A stretch of 64,000 nucleotides of DNA, taken from contig DASQZJ010000023.1 of assembly GCA_035638775.1 (NCBI GenBank), positions 10,827-74,826 on the forward strand. Reading direction: 5' to 3'. Source of the stretch: Gammaproteobacteria bacterium (GTDB taxonomy: Bacteria > Pseudomonadota > Gammaproteobacteria > UBA5335 > SLRW01). A program made the translations under genes and the position numbers. Below, in pieces: positions 17,855 to 26,533 of this stretch. Each line of letters opens with the position of its first letter. Within the stretch, counting starts at the first letter, position 1. Below the pieces are notes generated by a model. It did not search any database, had not been told where the DNA came from, and was given only the letters and a program-made list of their open reading frames with translations.

Positions 17855-19410
17855 TAGAACTCGTACTCCAGCCGCGCCACGACGGTGTCACTGGCAGCGG
17901 CGTGGCTGGCGCCGAACAGGGCCACCACGCTGTAGCGCAGGCTGGAGGTTCCGCCGGTCAGCACCCGGCCGGTCAGGCCCGGTCCGACCTGGTTGCGCGG
18001 CCGGCCGTAGTTGCCGATCCTGCCCACCGGCTCGCCATAGGCCTCGAGCACCGGCGACAGCCTGCGGTGCCAGCGGTATTCCGCCCGCGCGCGGTAGCTC
18101 AGCTCCACGCCGGGCTGGGCGTTGGTCCCGTACTGGCGCCCGGCCAGCAGGTTGACCGTCGCGGTCAGGCGCCCGAAGTCCTTCTCGAAGCTCGGCCCCA
18201 GCTTGACCTCGTAGGGGTCGTGCCCGAAGCGCGGGATCTCGTTCTCGTTGACGATGCCGACGTCGGCCCAGTACCTGCCCTGGGGCGTCAGCTGGAAGCG
18301 GTTCTCCCACTCGAATTCCTCCAGCTTCAGGCTCTCGCCGTACTCCTGCTCGGCGGTCGCGTACACCTCGGTGGCCCAGCGGTTGGTAAAGGTATGGCCG
18401 ACAGCGATCTTGGCGCCCTTCCGCGCGCCGCTCCCGGGGCCCGCTCCGCCGCTGCTCCAGGCGCGCGCCTCCAGCTCGCTCTCGCCCTTGGTAACGGCAG
18501 GCGAGTAGACCTTGTAGTCGCCCGCGCGGGCCCGGGGCGCCAGTACCAGCAGCGGCGCCCCGGCCAGGAACACCAGCGCCGCCGCGCCCGCGCGTCCGGG
18601 GCGGAGACGCAGCCGCCCGCTCCTGATCAGCATCGCCCCGCCGATTACGGCGAAGCTGCCCAGCCAGGCGATCACCTGGGTCAGCGAGGGTGTCGGCGTG
18701 TACCCGACCAGCGCGCCCAGGCTGCGCCCCAGGATGCCCTGGCCGCTCAGCAGCCAGGACGTGTTCCAGACGTTGGGCACCAGGGGCGGCAGGTAGCCGG
18801 CCTGGACCAGGAACTCGATCCCGCGCGCGAGCATGCCGGCCGCGATGAACAGGATCACGACGCCGCTGACCTGGAACAGGCGCTTGAGCGGAATGCGGGA
18901 AAGACCGGCGAACAATACCAGGCCCACGGAGGCCCCGCAGGCCAGCCCGATGAGGCTGCCGCCGAGCAGCTGCATCCCGCCCGCGCCGCTGGCCGCGATC
19001 CCGAACAGGAACAGGGCCACCTCGGAGCCCTCGCGCATGACCGCGAGCGCGGTCACCGCGACCAGCACCGTGACCGGCTCGTTGCCTGCCGCGACATCGC
19101 CGCCCAGCGACTTGAGCCGCGCGGACATCTCGCGGCCGTGCTCGGCCATCCACACGTTGTGCCAGGCCAGCATCAGGCCCGCGGCGCCGAGGACGCCGGC
19201 CTCGAACAGCTCCTGGCCGGTGCCGTGGGCCAGGCGTGAGAGCACGTCGATGCCGGCGGCGACCGCCGCCGCGCCGGCGACGCCCAGGGCGACCCCCGCG
19301 GTCACGTAGCGTCCGCGGCGCGGCAGGCCCTTGACCGCGGCCGCCACGACGCCGATGACCAGGGCCGCCTCGAGCACTTCGCGGAAAACGATGACCAGCG
19401 CGCCGATCAC
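17851..19410 (-). CDS. FTR1/EfeU-family iron permease (N-terminal about 260 aa). It continues in-frame into a signal-peptide-like segment and a beta-rich, OMP-like C-terminal domain (about 230 aa).
   Basis: 519-aa ORF with a GTG start in a GTGA overlap with the cupredoxin stop. Two REXXE motifs (FREVLEAAL, MREGSEVAL) in a multi-TM region. From the internal ATG 18633: MLIRSGRLRLRPGRAGAAALVFLAGAPLLVLAPRARA|GDYKVYSP..., an alternating-polarity beta pattern ending ..ARLEYEFY. Confidence 0.75.
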   Translation of the reverse strand: MIGALVIVFREVLEAALVIGVVAAAVKGLPRRGRYVTAGVALGVAGAAAVAAGIDVLSRLAHGTGQELFEAGVLGAAGLMLAWHNVWMAEHGREMSARLKSLGGDVAAGNEPVTVLVAVTALAVMREGSEVALFLFGIAASGAGGMQLLGGSLIGLACGASVGLVLFAGLSRIPLKRLFQVSGVVILFIAAGMLARGIEFLVQAGYLPPLVPNVWNTSWLLSGQGILGRSLGALVGYTPTPSLTQVIAWLGSFAVIGGAMLIRSGRLRLRPGRAGAAALVFLAGAPLLVLAPRARAGDYKVYSPAVTKGESELEARAWSSGGAGPGSGARKGAKIAVGHTFTNRWATEVYATAEQEYGESLKLEEFEWENRFQLTPQGRYWADVGIVNENEIPRFGHDPYEVKLGPSFEKDFGRLTATVNLLAGRQYGTNAQPGVELSYRARAEYRWHRRLSPVLEAYGEPVGRIGNYGRPRNQVGPGLTGRVLTGGTSSLRYSVVALFGASHAAASDTVVARLEYEFY

Positions 19411-19751
19411 TTCTCACCTCCGCGGGCGGCGACGACGTGCCCGGTGGTGCCCTGGTTGAAGTCGTCGAAGATCTTGTACTTGCCCGGGGAGAGCGGCCCG
19501 ACCCACACGGTCACCGTGGTGCCGGACGGGACCACCTTCTCGCGGTTGAGGTCGAAGCTCTCGAACTCCGAGGGCAGCTTGCGCTTGTTGGTCACCAGAA
19601 GTTTCACCCGCTTGCCGGCGGGTACGGTGGTGGTGGCCGGATCGAAGCTGTTGGCCTTGATGGCGATGTGGAACGTGGGGGTCCCCGCCGCGAGCGCGGC
19701 ACCCGGCGCAAGCATGAGGGCGAGGACAAGTGTAGCGGCGCGCAGACGCAT
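19407..19751 (-). CDS. Periplasmic cupredoxin-fold protein (Cys-less), partner of the FTR1 permease
   Basis: 114-aa ORF. Signal peptide MRLRAATLVLALMLAPGAALA. ..FDPATTTVPAGKRVKLLVTN..SEFESFDLNREKVVPSGTTVTVWVGPLSPGKYKIFDD.. matches the Cupredoxin_1-like pattern seen next to FTR1 genes. AGGAG RBS. Confidence 0.75.
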   Translation of the reverse strand: MRLRAATLVLALMLAPGAALAAGTPTFHIAIKANSFDPATTTVPAGKRVKLLVTNKRKLPSEFESFDLNREKVVPSGTTVTVWVGPLSPGKYKIFDDFNQGTTGHVVAARGGEK

Positions 19752-19793
19752 GCGACGGACTCCTGTGATCGTGAGGCCGCGGGGGCACGGTAC

Positions 19794-19822
19794 GAATAAG
19801 AATGATAACGATTCTTATTTAT
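19794..19822. promoter_or_regulatory. Fur-box-like palindromic operator in the divergent cupredoxin-FTR1 / pldA intergenic region
   Basis: AATAAGAAT-gataacg-ATTCTTATT is a perfect 9-bp inverted repeat. The core AAGAATGATAACGATTCTT matches 13/19 of the Fur consensus GATAATGATAATCATTATC. It is the only AT-rich island in this GC-rich spacer and lies about 45 nt upstream of the cupredoxin ATG. Confidence 0.55.
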
Positions 19823-19947
19823 CTTGCAAGCATTCCCTGACGACTGAATCCCGTATACCCTCTGCTCCGGGGAGCGGTGGAGGGCCCGTTTCGATGGGTC
19901 CCGTTCCGCGGTACCGCGGTGGGTGCGCGCCCGGCACGGAGCGTTAC

Positions 19948-20811
19948 ATGAAGCACAAGGGAGCGTGGCTGATCGCGGCGCTGGTGTCCGTCGGTCCTGC
20001 CGCACACGCCGCCGGCGGTGACCCGGCCGGCCCGGCCAGCGCCGAAACCGCGCCCGCGCGGGCCCGAAGCGCTCTCGACCTGGCGGCCTACCGGCCGACC
20101 TACGTGCTGCCGCTGACGTATGTGACCGGGCTCAACCGGGCGCCGTTCGGTTCCCAGGGAAAGACCTTCCGCAACCAGGAAATGCAGTTCCAGCTGAGCC
20201 TGCGGTTCCCCGTCTGGAGCCACCCGCTCGGGCACCGCAATGCCAACCTGGTGTTCGGCTACACCCAGCGGGCTTTCTGGCAGGCCTACGATCGCGCCGA
20301 CTCGTCCCCGTTCCGCGAGACCGACCACGAGCCCGAGCTGATGGTGGAGGTGCACACCGATTACCGCTGGCTGGGCTTTCGCACGCGCATCATCCGGGCG
20401 GGGCTGGATCACCAGTCCAACGGCCAGGCGAACCCGCTCTCGCGCAGCTGGAACCGCGTTTTCGCCGAGGTCGTCGCGCAGCGCGGCGACTTCGCCTTCA
20501 GCTTCCGGCCCTGGTACCGGATCCCCGCCCCGGCGGGCAGCGACGACAACCCGGACATCACCCACTACATGGGCTACGCGCAGTTCCGGGTGGGATTCCG
20601 CCACGGCCGGGACGAGTACACGCTGATGTTCCGGGACAACTTCAACCCGCGCGACAACCGGGGCGCCATCCGCCTCGGCTGGAGCTTCCCGCTCAACGAG
20701 CGGCTGCGCGGCTACGTCCAGTTCTTCAACGGTTACGGCGAGAGCCTGATCGACTACAACGTGCGGGTAATGCGCATCGGCGCGGGGGTGATGCTCACGA
20801 ACTGGCTATGA
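19948..20811 (+). CDS. pldA: Outer-membrane phospholipase A (OMPLA)
   Basis: ORF 19444..20811 trimmed to ATG 19948 (MKHKGAWLIAALVSVGPAAHA signal peptide). YRPTYVLPLTY, catalytic LDHQSNG (His-x-Ser) followed by SRSWNR (Asn). C-terminal beta-barrel pattern. Confidence 0.85.
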   Translation: MKHKGAWLIAALVSVGPAAHAAGGDPAGPASAETAPARARSALDLAAYRPTYVLPLTYVTGLNRAPFGSQGKTFRNQEMQFQLSLRFPVWSHPLGHRNANLVFGYTQRAFWQAYDRADSSPFRETDHEPELMVEVHTDYRWLGFRTRIIRAGLDHQSNGQANPLSRSWNRVFAEVVAQRGDFAFSFRPWYRIPAPAGSDDNPDITHYMGYAQFRVGFRHGRDEYTLMFRDNFNPRDNRGAIRLGWSFPLNERLRGYVQFFNGYGESLIDYNVRVMRIGAGVMLTNWL

Positions 20812-22617
20812 CCGGCTCGCGCCGCCGGCCAGCGAGGCCGGGACCGGTACCGGGAAGTCCAGCAGCTGCTGGGCCTTGCCCTTGGCCAGGGGGTCCAGCC
20901 GCAGGCTGGCGAACTGGCCGCCGCCGAGAGCGTCGTGCAGGTGGAAGTTGACGGCATCGAGGCCGGGCGCGTCGAAGCGCTCCACGCGGGCCCCTGCCGG
21001 GTCCTCGAATTCGTGCACGAACCAGTCCCGCACGACCTCGGTCGTCAGCGCCGCCCGGATCCAGGGCAGGTACTCGGGCCGGCGCGCGATCACGCCGACG
21101 TTGAAGGCGTCGCCCTTGTCCCCGGAGCGTGCCCAGGCCAGCTCGATCAGGGGACGCTCGACCATATCGCCCTCGGCCCGGGGCTCCGGCGGCGGAGCGG
21201 GTCGCTCGACCGCGGCCGGATCGAAAACCCGCGCCGGAGGCGGCACGGCGACGTGCTCGTCGCCGCCGTCCAGGTGCACCGTCACGCCGATGCGCTCCCG
21301 GGGCATGGTGGTGGAGAACACCCGCATCACTGGCACGGCCTGTGCCCGGGCCCCGAACCAGCCCGTGGTCCCGACCGCCAGCGAAGTGGTGGGCGAGTCC
21401 CATTCCCGCTGCAGGTAGCGGAATGCCGCCGGATCCTCGTGCTCGACGCCCAGCTTGCACACGACCTCCCGGGTATCGCGGGCACGGGCGTTGGCACCGT
21501 AGGTCGCCTCTGCGCCGATGGCCTCGATGCGGTGGGCGCGGAACGGCCCCAGGCCGCGCTCGACGAGCATCCCGTTGACCCGGTCGAGGATCGCGCGCGC
21601 CTGGCGCTCGGCCTTGCGCGCCGCGTCGCGGCCGACGATCGGCATGAACGCGAAACAGCGATGGCCGTCCTGGTGGGTGATGGTGATCTTGTAGCGCCCG
21701 GTCGGCGGGTAGCCGACGACGCCGGTGACCCGCACGCGGTCGGCGCCGTCCTGCGCCAGGCGCACCCGCGAGAAGTCGCAGACCACGTCCGGGAGCATGT
21801 AGATCTGGGGGTCGTCGATCTCGTAGAAGATCTGCTCGGCGACCGTGGCGCACGTCACGAGGCCTCCGGTGCCCGCGGGCTTGGTGACGGTGAACGTGCC
21901 GTCCGCCTCGCACTCCACGATCGGGTAGCCCATGTGGGTCCAGTCGGGCACCTCCTCCCAGTCGGTGAACAGGCCGCCGGTCGCCTGCGCGCCGCACTCG
22001 ATGATGTGGCCGGCCAGCGAGCCTGCCGCCAGGCGGTCGTGGTCCTCCGGCGTCCACCCGAATTCGTGCACCAGCGGACCCAGCGCCAGGGCGGAGTCCA
22101 CGACGCGACCCGTCACGACCACGTCCGCGCCCATCGCCAGGGCCCGCGCGACGGGCGTCGCCCCGAGGTAGGCGTTCGCCGTGGCGACGTTGTCCGGGTC
22201 CGGGAACGGGGCGCCGGAGTAGAGCTCCGTCGTGCCGTCGGCCGCCAGCTCCGGCAGCAGGGCATGGACGTCGTCACCCTCGATCCAGGCGATGCGGAAC
22301 GCCAGTCCGGCCTCGTCCGCCCAGCGCTGCATCCGCTCGACGCAGGCGCGCGGGTTGACCCCGCCGGCATTGGTGACGATGCGCGTGCCGCTGTCGCGGA
22401 TCAGCTGGAGGTTGTCCTTCCACACCCAGTCGGTGAAGTCGCGGGCGTAGCCGAGATCCGGCCGCGCGGCGTGCAGCCGGCCCAGGACGGACATGGTCGC
22501 CTCGGCCAGGTAGTCGAGCATCAGGTAGTCGACGCCGGCCTGCATCAGCTGCGTCGGCGCCATGGACGAGTCGCCGTAGAAGGCGCAGGCGCCGCCGATC
22601 GTCACGGTTCGGGTCAT
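20806..22617 (-). CDS. AtuA-like (DUF1446, acyclic terpene utilisation family) protein
   Basis: 603-aa ORF. MTRTVTIGGACAFYGDS...DYLMLDYLAE...NAGG.NP...GAD.VVTGRV.D.AL..GP..HEFGW...GHIIECGAQATGG is the pattern I associate with AtuA/DUF1446. No other atu genes are nearby. Confidence 0.8.
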   Translation of the reverse strand: MTRTVTIGGACAFYGDSSMAPTQLMQAGVDYLMLDYLAEATMSVLGRLHAARPDLGYARDFTDWVWKDNLQLIRDSGTRIVTNAGGVNPRACVERMQRWADEAGLAFRIAWIEGDDVHALLPELAADGTTELYSGAPFPDPDNVATANAYLGATPVARALAMGADVVVTGRVVDSALALGPLVHEFGWTPEDHDRLAAGSLAGHIIECGAQATGGLFTDWEEVPDWTHMGYPIVECEADGTFTVTKPAGTGGLVTCATVAEQIFYEIDDPQIYMLPDVVCDFSRVRLAQDGADRVRVTGVVGYPPTGRYKITITHQDGHRCFAFMPIVGRDAARKAERQARAILDRVNGMLVERGLGPFRAHRIEAIGAEATYGANARARDTREVVCKLGVEHEDPAAFRYLQREWDSPTTSLAVGTTGWFGARAQAVPVMRVFSTTMPRERIGVTVHLDGGDEHVAVPPPARVFDPAAVERPAPPPEPRAEGDMVERPLIELAWARSGDKGDAFNVGVIARRPEYLPWIRAALTTEVVRDWFVHEFEDPAGARVERFDAPGLDAVNFHLHDALGGGQFASLRLDPLAKGKAQQLLDFPVPVPASLAGGASRS

Positions 22618-22750
22618 CGGGGACTCCGGTGCGGTCGATTCCGGGATGCGGGCGGCCGGGCACGGAGCGGCCCGCCGTCACGCGTGCATGGCGCCAGTAT
22701 ACGGAAGGCGGCCGCCGGTGGGCATCGGCGGCCGCGGTTCGCGGGTCCGG

Positions 22751-24070
22751 TCACATGGAGGCGTCGGGCTCGTGCGTGGGCGCCTTCGGCTGCCCGGCCG
22801 TGGACTCGCCCGCGGCCTTGAGCCGGCGGATCAGCTTCTGCTGCTTGGCGTAGGCGTCGGGCAGGTTGCCGTAGCGCAGCGAGGCATTGCAATCCTTCAG
22901 CGCCGCACGCAGCTTGCCGAGGTGCATTTCGGCGTAGCAGCGGTTGTTGTAGGCGATGGCCATGTTGTTGTCGGATTCGTGCTTCGCGTCATAGAGATAA
23001 TGATATCGGCGCAGCTCGGAGAGCATGTGGTGCAGGTCGTGGGTACGGCCGTAGACGACCGACATGTCGATTACGTAGTTGTTGTGCCCGGTGTCGTCGG
23101 CGACCAGCCGGGTGTCGCTGTGCATCGCCTGCGCGGCAAGCTGCAGGATGGCCGACGAGTAGCGCTGGCCGCCCTGGTAGCCGATCATGCCGCCGATCAG
23201 CCCTTCCACCCTGGAGCTGAAGTCGGCCTTGTCGACCTTGTCGTAGCTGTTGAGCAGCCGGTACACGTGCCGGTCCAGCCCGGCGGTCACCAGCTGCTGC
23301 ATGGTCTGGCGCACGCAGCGGGCCCCGATCTTCTGCTTCGGCTGGTAGCAGTGGACGGTCGCGGTGTTCAGCAGGGCGTCGTAAAGGTCGAGATAGAGCA
23401 TCTTGAGCGGCGAATCGCCGTGCGCCTGCAGGATTTCGAGCACCAGGCCGGCCGTGTACGGATTGTCCCCGCCCAGGTGCATGGCCTTGCCGAGGTCCTG
23501 CAGCGCCTGCTGCATGTCGTCCGAGAACGCCTGCATGTGCGCCGGCTCCACCACGTTCGCGAACCGGTTGCCCCGGACCCGCCAGCCGGTCCGGAAGTAG
23601 TAGACCGCACGCACCAGGTACGGCATCGGGGCGTTCGCGTCCTGCCGCACCCAGCGGTCGAGCTGTTCGCGGAAGTGCGCGTTGCCGGGCAGGGGAATGT
23701 CCTCGATGAATGCCGCGAAGGGCGCGTAGTACCAGCCGTTCATGCTGGTCTGCTTCAGCGAGCGTTCGAGCGCCCGGTTCGCACGGCCGAACCGGCCGTG
23801 TTCGATCGCGGAGGTCACCTTCATCGCGTCCGCGAACAGCGGCCGGACGTGGTGACGGTATCGGGGCAGCTTCGCTGCCTGCCGGTCGAGCGCGGCCAGC
23901 CGGGACGCTTGCGGGCCATTCGCCTGGTGCCTTGCCGGCGTGCGCGCCGCCGGAAGCCGGTCGAAGCGCAAAGCCGCGGTTGCGCCCGCGGCCAGGATGA
24001 TGCCCGCCAGGACGATCGAGACGACAAAGCCGGGTCGCACCGGCTTCCGGCTACGGGTGTCCTGCACCAT
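22751..24070 (-). CDS. Membrane-anchored hypothetical protein, DUF4034-like with a TPR-like C-terminus
   Basis: ORF 22751..24139 trimmed to ATG 24070 (GGGAGGGAG RBS). One N-terminal TM (GFVVSIVLAGIILAAGATAAL). ..WVRQDANAPMPYLVRAVYYFRTGWRVRGNRF.. resembles the DUF4034 signature (from memory). GC is noticeably lower than in neighbouring genes. Confidence 0.6.
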   Translation of the reverse strand: MVQDTRSRKPVRPGFVVSIVLAGIILAAGATAALRFDRLPAARTPARHQANGPQASRLAALDRQAAKLPRYRHHVRPLFADAMKVTSAIEHGRFGRANRALERSLKQTSMNGWYYAPFAAFIEDIPLPGNAHFREQLDRWVRQDANAPMPYLVRAVYYFRTGWRVRGNRFANVVEPAHMQAFSDDMQQALQDLGKAMHLGGDNPYTAGLVLEILQAHGDSPLKMLYLDLYDALLNTATVHCYQPKQKIGARCVRQTMQQLVTAGLDRHVYRLLNSYDKVDKADFSSRVEGLIGGMIGYQGGQRYSSAILQLAAQAMHSDTRLVADDTGHNNYVIDMSVVYGRTHDLHHMLSELRRYHYLYDAKHESDNNMAIAYNNRCYAEMHLGKLRAALKDCNASLRYGNLPDAYAKQQKLIRRLKAAGESTAGQPKAPTHEPDASM

Positions 24071-24265
24071 GCTGCTCCCTCCCCGGCGCCCGTTCGGTGA
24101 CGGGTTCGTCTTTTTCCCGGCACCTTCCAGGCTCTTCACCGATACCTTTAGCCCGCTCGCACGCCGGCCTCAAGGTTTGCTTTCATGGATCGGGCCGGTT
24201 CCGGACGGGTGGCGGCATTCGGGTGACGAGTGGCAGCAGGATCAAGGGGTTGCGCAGTGCCGGGG

Positions 24266-24988
24266 TCAGGTCCGATCGGGGCGCAGCTCGGCGAGTGCCG
24301 GCATGGCCTCGAGGTCCGCGTCGGACAGCGCGTTCCAGTCGATGCCCGGGGGTGACGGAGGGGGATCGGCCACCTCGATCAGCTCCTGCGGGGTCGCGAT
24401 CAAGTGTAGCGGCAGGTCGTGGGCGTCGGCGGGGAAACCGTCCAGGACCTGGATCGGATGAACCGTCGTGACCACGGGCACGGGCGGATGGCCCAGGTCC
24501 CGCAGCAGGGCATACTCGAGGTCGCCGTAGCCGTGGCCCTTGCCGCAGCGCCGGCCGTCGCGGGTCACCGCCACGCTGCCTGTGACGATCAGGTCCACCC
24601 GTGGCAGGTCGCGGACCGCGATCGACTCCGCCCAGCGCTCTGCGCCGGCGAGACCGGCTGCTTCGGCGCAGGCGGAAGCCGGGATGCGGGCCGGGTCCAG
24701 CAGGCGGAATCCGCCACGCAGGCGCGGCGTCGGCAGCAGGATCTCGACGCCGGCCTCGAGCAGCAACTGCCGCAGCGGGCGTTGCGGCGAGTCGGGATTG
24801 CACTTCACGCGCCTCGCGCGCCGCAGCCGGGGGTCGTCCATCAGGCGCCGCGCGGCCTCGGCGGCGCCCCGGAAATTCGGGATCCGGCCGTGGATCGGGA
24901 ACGGAAACGCGGCCGCGCGCTGCTCCCGCAGCGTGCTCCAGACATGCTCGCGGGCGGCGGCCTTGTCGGGGAACTCGGCAGTCATCAT
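24266..24988 (-). CDS. 5-formyltetrahydrofolate cyclo-ligase-like (COG0212 paralog) protein
   Basis: ORF 24266..25210 trimmed to ATG 24988 (MMTAEFPD). ..RIPNFRGA.. ..DLIVTGSVAVTRDGRRCGKGHGYGDLEY.. matches the 5-FCL family core. Confidence 0.7.
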   Translation of the reverse strand: MMTAEFPDKAAAREHVWSTLREQRAAAFPFPIHGRIPNFRGAAEAARRLMDDPRLRRARRVKCNPDSPQRPLRQLLLEAGVEILLPTPRLRGGFRLLDPARIPASACAEAAGLAGAERWAESIAVRDLPRVDLIVTGSVAVTRDGRRCGKGHGYGDLEYALLRDLGHPPVPVVTTVHPIQVLDGFPADAHDLPLHLIATPQELIEVADPPPSPPGIDWNALSDADLEAMPALAELRPDRT

Positions 24989-25058
24989 GACCCATGCTAC
25001 CCGTCGGTGCCCCGGCAGGTCAGACTGTGCGCGAGGCGGGCAACCCGCGGAGGGAGGC

Positions 25059-25775
25059 ATGACGCTGTGCTGCGGAATCGACGGCTGCCCGGGCGGCTGG
25101 ATCGCCGTCTGCGAGCACGCCGCCACGGGACGGTGGGAGCATCGCCTGCTGGCGCCGGGCGGTATCGCGGCGCTCCGGGCCGCGCGGCCCGACGTGATCG
25201 TGATCGACATCCCCGTCGGCCTGCCGGAGGCGGGGTCGCGCGAGTGCGACCGCGCGGCACGCCGCTATCTCGGCCCCGCGCGCCGAGCCAGCGTGTTCCC
25301 CGCCCCGATCCGGCGCGCGCTCGGTGCGCGTGACTGGGGGGAGGCGTGCCGCATGCGCGAGGCCGTCGAGGGCAAGCGCTACCCGCGGCAGGTGTTCGGC
25401 ATCCTGGCCAAGGTGCGGGAGATCGACGATCTCCTGCACCGCGCTCCCGGCCTCGGCGGACTTCTGCGTGAGGGCCATCCCGAGGTCACCCTGGCGGCAA
25501 TGAACGGCGGGAACGCGATGCGTCACCCGAAGAAATCCGCCGCGGGGCGGGCCGAGCGACTGGCGGTGATCCGCGAATCTCTCGGCGACGGTGCGGTGGA
25601 ACTGTATCAACACGCCGCCGCGCACTACCCGCGGGCGCGGGTCGGCCGCGACGACCTGATCGACGCCCTGGCGCTGGTCTGGACCGCGCGGCGGATCGCG
25701 TCGGGGCGGCACCTGCGACTGCCACGGGAGGCGCGGTCCGACGCACTGGGTCTGCCCATGCACATTCACTACTGA
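25059..25775 (+). CDS. DUF429-family protein
   Basis: ORF 24540..25775 trimmed to ATG 25059 (GGAGGGAGGC-ATG). MTLCCGIDGCPGGWIAV...VIVIDIPVGLP...R.CD..AR..LG...SVF..P..R.. ..GHPEV.. ..DDLIDALA is the typical DUF429 layout. Confidence 0.7.
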   Translation: MTLCCGIDGCPGGWIAVCEHAATGRWEHRLLAPGGIAALRAARPDVIVIDIPVGLPEAGSRECDRAARRYLGPARRASVFPAPIRRALGARDWGEACRMREAVEGKRYPRQVFGILAKVREIDDLLHRAPGLGGLLREGHPEVTLAAMNGGNAMRHPKKSAAGRAERLAVIRESLGDGAVELYQHAAAHYPRARVGRDDLIDALALVWTARRIASGRHLRLPREARSDALGLPMHIHY

Positions 25776-26533
25776 TCGCGATCGTGAATCCCGGGCCGGC
25801 CGCCCCGGCCCGGGAGTCGCAGCGGCAGCAGCATCGGGACCCGTCGCCGGTACTCGAGGTAGCGTGCGCCGAGGTGCCGGACCAGGTCGCGCTCCTCCAG
25901 CTGCAGCGCCAGCAGGATGTAGGCGGCGGACGCCGCCGCGAACAGCAGGTGGCCGACGGTCATGTGCGGCGTGGCCCAGAACACGACCACGAAACCGAGC
26001 ATCAGCGGATGGCGCACCAGGCGGTACAGCAGCCGTGCCCGGAACGGCACCGGCGGGGGCGTGGTGTCGCGGAGCGAATGCCAGACCTGGCGCAGGCCGA
26101 ACAGGTCGGTGTGGCTGATCATGAAGGTGGCGCCGAGCACGATTACCCAGCCGGACGCATACAGGATCCAGAGCACCGTGCGGCCCGCCGTTCCCGCGAC
26201 TTCCCAGACGGGCTGCGGCAGGCCCTGCCACTGCCACATCAGCAGGGCCAGCACCAGGCTCGCAAGGAGCACGTAGGTGGAGCGCTCGGCTGCCGGCGGA
26301 ACGATCCGCGTCCAGCGGCGCTTGAACCACCCGCGCGCCATCACGCTGTGCTGCAGGCCGAACAGGCCCAGCAGCGCCAGGTCGACGATCACCGCCAGTC
26401 CGGTCCCCAGGGACGAGGGCGCGTCGATGCCGACCGGGACCTCGAGCCCCGCGATGAACCCCACGGCGTACAGCGACACCGCGAGGAAGAGCGTGTACAC
26501 GGCGAGCCCGTAGACGAAGATGATGCCCCTCAA
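25769..26533 (-). CDS. Polytopic membrane SAM-dependent methyltransferase of the ICMT/PEMT superfamily (MddA-like candidate)
   Basis: 254-aa ORF with a TTG start at 26533 (GGAGGGGGG RBS). Several TM helices. C-terminal ..LYRLVRHPLMLGFVVVFWATPHMTVGHLLFAAASAAYILLALQLEERDL..YLEYRRRVPMLLP is the conserved ICMT/PEMT SAM-binding region. Confidence 0.7.
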   Translation of the reverse strand: MRGIIFVYGLAVYTLFLAVSLYAVGFIAGLEVPVGIDAPSSLGTGLAVIVDLALLGLFGLQHSVMARGWFKRRWTRIVPPAAERSTYVLLASLVLALLMWQWQGLPQPVWEVAGTAGRTVLWILYASGWVIVLGATFMISHTDLFGLRQVWHSLRDTTPPPVPFRARLLYRLVRHPLMLGFVVVFWATPHMTVGHLLFAAASAAYILLALQLEERDLVRHLGARYLEYRRRVPMLLPLRLPGRGGRPGIHDRDQ

